In this document: in pieces, positions 27,347 through 30,727 of the stretch
Layout: each line of letters begins with the position of its first letter
Position numbering within the stretch: the first letter of the stretch is position 1
Assembly (NCBI GenBank): GCA_015522685.1
Contig: WALU01000036.1
Span: forward strand, 1 to 30,727
DNA: 30,727 nt
Origin: Thermoproteota archaeon
GTDB taxonomy: Archaea > Korarchaeota > Korarchaeia > Korarchaeales > Korarchaeaceae
Direction of reading: 5' to 3'
The notes under the pieces: model-generated
What the model was told of the DNA's origin: nothing
Databases searched by the model: none
The model's input: the letters and a program-made list of their open reading frames with translations, nothing else
Translations under genes and position numbers: made by a program

Positions 27347-28579
27347 TTAACCCCCTCTCTGGGACCAGGTAAGTACGGGGTAAATCAGGTTTCCGGATTT
27401 GTACTCCTCTGGGTAGAGAATAACTACCTTCCCTTTCTGCCATTGAACAACGAATAGCCTATCAACTACTTGATGCAGCGTCTTTCCTGTCTGCTTAAAC
27501 TTTACAGTCCCTAGCGGAGATTCTATCTGGACCTTCTCGAGTGCATTTATCAAGTTTTCTTTACTCAAACTTTTTACATTCTCAATTGCCTTGCAGGCCA
27601 TCTTTGTTGCAGTATAACCAAATGGAGCCCAGTATTCAGGAGGACGGCCGAACTTATCCTCAAACTTCTTTACAAAGGCCCTCGCTTCAGGAGTGCTCAG
27701 ATATGGAGACCAAACATCAACTCCAGCAACGTAGTCGCCTATATCCTTAGGATATCCAGGGAACTCAGGAGCCACTATGAAAGTTAGCTTCGGATTGAAA
27801 TTATTCTCCTTCTCATTTCTGAAGAAGACAGGGTAGTCTCCAGGATAGCCAACTATATAGAATACATCTGGATTCTGTTGCTTGGCTTTAAGCACAACTG
27901 AAGAGAAGTCAGAGCTGCCAGTCTTGAAGCTCTCACCCACGACTGTCCATGACGCATTCTCCTTCTTACTCAGGTTAACGAAGTACTCATAGCTTGTGGT
28001 ACCATAGACACCATCCTCATATGCCACGAATATCTTCTTAGGGGTTTCTTTCATGTGGTGGAGGAAAAATTCTATGACAGTTCCCTGTCTATGATAATCC
28101 CAAGGATGCATGTGGAAGAACCATCTCTCCTGCCCGACTAGAGATTCTACTTTGACAGATGAGGCTCCTAATACGAATACCAGTGGCCTGTATCCCTTAA
28201 TGGCATTCATAGAGGCGTAGGTGACTGTGGATGAGTAAAAGCCTATGATTATAGGTACTTTTTCCTTAGTTATGAGGTCTGTGGCTCCATTTATTGCTGT
28301 ATTAGGATCTCCTTTGGTGTCCCTGATCACTAGCTCTACATTCTTCCCTAGGACTCCTCCATTAGAATTGATCTCCTCGACGGCCATCTTTATACCCCTC
28401 AGGGCTTCCTGTCCTGCTGAGGCATAGGATGCAGTGCTTAGGGGTAGTATTACCCCCAGTCTAATCTTCCCAGGAAGCTTCTTCTGTACTCCTGGAGCCG
28501 GCCGAGGCATTAAAAGATAAGCAGCACCAGCCAGCACTACTATTACTAATATAACAGCAGTTACAGCCTTTCCAGACAT
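27347..28579 (-). CDS. livK: Branched-chain amino acid ABC substrate-binding protein
   Basis: IRLGVILPLS, AVEEINSNGGVLGK.VELVIRD, IIGFYSS, DFSSVV; N-terminal TM anchor; GGTGGTGA RBS. Confidence 0.9.
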   Translation of the reverse strand: MSGKAVTAVILVIVVLAGAAYLLMPRPAPGVQKKLPGKIRLGVILPLSTASYASAGQEALRGIKMAVEEINSNGGVLGKNVELVIRDTKGDPNTAINGATDLITKEKVPIIIGFYSSTVTYASMNAIKGYRPLVFVLGASSVKVESLVGQERWFFHMHPWDYHRQGTVIEFFLHHMKETPKKIFVAYEDGVYGTTSYEYFVNLSKKENASWTVVGESFKTGSSDFSSVVLKAKQQNPDVFYIVGYPGDYPVFFRNEKENNFNPKLTFIVAPEFPGYPKDIGDYVAGVDVWSPYLSTPEARAFVKKFEDKFGRPPEYWAPFGYTATKMACKAIENVKSLSKENLINALEKVQIESPLGTVKFKQTGKTLHQVVDRLFVVQWQKGKVVILYPEEYKSGNLIYPVLTWSQRGG

Positions 28580-28783
28580 AAAAGATCACCACCCCTATGG
28601 GTAAACTCTTCTCCACAGGGTAAAACTTAAAGGCTTCGGCAACCCACTTAAGATAGATCGCATCATTTAGGCTATCGCCGATTATACCGATTTCGCATGG
28701 ATGCATTGGGGTGAAGAAGGGAGATGATTGGTTTGGGCGGTTCAATATTAGCATTGAGGGATTTAAAAGTTAGTCTAAGCTCT

Positions 28784-29524
28784 ATGGATAGAGTCATTAG
28801 TGTAGAAAATATTTATAAATCCTTTGGAGGGCTAAAGGCTCTGAAAGGAGTCTCATTTAGCGTCAAGCCTAGGGAGGCCCTCGGGATAATAGGACCTAAC
28901 GGAGCCGGTAAGACCACGCTATTCAATGTGATCACAGGCTTCTTGAGGCCAGATAGAGGCAAGATCGTTTACCTAGGGCATGATATCACCGGGAAAAAGC
29001 CTCATTACCTGAGCAAGCTTGGTATAGCTAGAACTTTCCAAATAGCTAAGCCCTTCGAGGACATGACTGCCATAGAAAACGTTCTGATAGGCCTCCTATT
29101 CTCAAAGAAGAGGAAAAATGGATTTAGAATGAGCATAGGTGAACTAAAAAAGGAGGCAATTAACGTATTGGAGGCCGTAGGACTCTACTATAAAAGGAAT
29201 TCTCCTGCTCATCAACTGACTGTGGTGGAGAGAAAGAGATTGGAGCTGGCAAGAGTCCTAGCCATAGAGCCGAAGATACTCCTGCTTGATGAAGTGATGG
29301 CGGGACTAAGCAGCCAAGAAGTAGAATGGGAGGTCAGCCTACTCAAGAAGATAAAGGAGGAGAAGGAACTTACAGTAGTCATGATAGAACATGTCATGAA
29401 GGCGATAATGAGCTTCAGCGATCGGTTGATAGTTCTACATTATGGTGAGAAGATCGCTGAGGGAAAGCCTGAGGAAGTAGCTAAGAATCCGGAGGTCGTA
29501 GAAGCCTACTTGGGCGGGGATTGA
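28784..29524 (+). CDS. livG: Branched-chain amino acid ABC ATP-binding protein
   Basis: KSFGGLKAL, GPNGAGKTT, GIARTFQ, LLLDEVMAG, IEHVM, VVEAYLG; start moved to 28784 (TTTAAAAG at 28762-28769). Confidence 0.94.
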   Translation: MDRVISVENIYKSFGGLKALKGVSFSVKPREALGIIGPNGAGKTTLFNVITGFLRPDRGKIVYLGHDITGKKPHYLSKLGIARTFQIAKPFEDMTAIENVLIGLLFSKKRKNGFRMSIGELKKEAINVLEAVGLYYKRNSPAHQLTVVERKRLELARVLAIEPKILLLDEVMAGLSSQEVEWEVSLLKKIKEEKELTVVMIEHVMKAIMSFSDRLIVLHYGEKIAEGKPEEVAKNPEVVEAYLGGD

Positions 29525-30229
29525 ATGCTTCTGGTCGATGGGTTAAATGCTGGCTACGAAGAAGTTCAGGTTCTATGGGATATCAATCTAGCCGTAAGGG
29601 AGGGAGAGATAGTCTCAATAATAGGAGCAAATGGTGCCGGTAAGACTACAACGTTGAAGAGCATAGTAGGACTGATTATTCCCTTTAAAGGGATTATAAG
29701 ATTCAACGGCAATGATATTACAGGTTTACCGGTTCACGAGGCAGTGAGAAGGGGAATATCCCTTGTGCCTGAAGGAAGGCATCTCTTTCCAAAGATGACA
29801 ATTCTAGAGAACCTGAGGATGGGAGGGTACACTATTAATGGCGATAGGTATGAGAATCTTCTTGAAAGAGTATTCCAAATATTTCCCATCCTTAAGGAGC
29901 GGAAAGATCAACTCGCTTTAACACTTAGTGGTGGAGAGCAACAGATGCTTGCAATAGCTAGAGGATTGATGAGCGATCCAAAGATACTAATGCTGGATGA
30001 ACCTTCCCTAGGTCTAGCTCCTAAGATAGTGAAGAGAGTAATGAAAGTAGTATCCGAGATAAGAGAGGGAGGAGTAGCGATACTACTTGTGGAACAGAAT
30101 GCTAAGATATCATTAGAGATTTCTGACAGAGGATATGTCCTTGAAACGGGAAGGATAGTGCTTGAGGGAACTAGTAAGGAACTCTTAAGGAATGAACATG
30201 TTAAGAAGGCATATTTGGGTCTGATGTAG
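29525..30229 (+). CDS. livF: Branched-chain amino acid ABC ATP-binding protein
   Basis: GANGAGKTT, VPEGRHLF, LSGGEQQMLAIAR, LDEPSLGLAP, LVEQNA, VKKAYLG. Confidence 0.96.
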   Translation: MLLVDGLNAGYEEVQVLWDINLAVREGEIVSIIGANGAGKTTTLKSIVGLIIPFKGIIRFNGNDITGLPVHEAVRRGISLVPEGRHLFPKMTILENLRMGGYTINGDRYENLLERVFQIFPILKERKDQLALTLSGGEQQMLAIARGLMSDPKILMLDEPSLGLAPKIVKRVMKVVSEIREGGVAILLVEQNAKISLEISDRGYVLETGRIVLEGTSKELLRNEHVKKAYLGLM

Positions 30230-30727
30230 TGATAACGCTCATAAGCAAAAGCTTCGTAGTATCGAGCTAGATAATCTTCGTAGATAGAGAGTTCTTTTTA
30301 TATATTAGCCCAATTTACAAAGGTGAAGAAGATATAATTATCTATCCCATCGTCGGCAAGATTTGGAGTATCTAACTAAAATGGTCTTTTTCTCTTCAGG
30401 TTCAAGCTAAGGATAAAATGGGACTAATCATATATCCCAAAGCAAGCGAGCAAGCATGCCAGACCAAAGCCTTAAGGTCAAATGTGAAATCCTCTCTATA
30501 GTTATAATACTATAAAAGCTTCCCTTAAGAGATGGGAGTAATATCTCAAGTTTGTCGTGAGGAAGGAGTATATAGACAAATTCATCGAAAGTTAGGAAGA
30601 TTTAGGGGCTCCTAAAAGCAGTCCTTCAAGCTATAATTCCAGTTGGCAAGGGGTTAGAAATTAAAGAGAAGGAAACTAGAGGAAGCATAGATGAAAAAGT
30701 ATTTATGAATAGATGGCATTCGCATAT

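Noticed and set aside
30230-30727. Broken reading frames after livF
   Set aside because: Stops and frameshifts, cut by the window edge; cannot be identified
1-30727. tRNA, rRNA, transposase or integrase genes, and the remaining short antisense ORFs in the track
   Set aside because: No T-loop/cloverleaf, rRNA-like or recombinase motifs seen by eye; the short ORFs overlap well-supported genes on the other strand or frame

Overview
Archaeal DNA: TATA-like boxes about 25 nt before start codons, GGTG/GGAG ribosome sites, AGG/ATA-rich codons and archaeal ATPase families. A thermophilic Thermoproteota/Korarchaeia-like host is an inference. The left ~16.5 kb is a high-turnover accessory region. It holds three MNT-HEPN toxin-antitoxin loci in different states of decay, a vapBC pair, and two ATPase-wHTH-PD-(D/E)XK genes with palindromic operators over their starts. 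It also holds a pseudogene copy of one of those ATPases and many fused gene fragments. Intact genes between these include DUF554, a PH-domain membrane protein, an extended APC permease with a small partner, an orphan pstS, a ChrB-like gene and a membrane-anchored PLD nuclease. At 16.8-18.6 kb two paralogous uncharacterised proteins with a non-canonical nucleotidyltransferase-like signature (DRxGGEGL...GRDID...FEIxVF) lie just upstream of a single-domain KaiC-like ATPase; this is the best candidate for an undescribed system. The right part has a glycosylation locus (GT4, NDP-sugar epimerase, 1196-aa GT-C-like membrane protein) and a divergently split liv ABC transporter. I found no rRNA, tRNA, CRISPR array or transposase. 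All family calls come from motif recognition by eye, not database searches.
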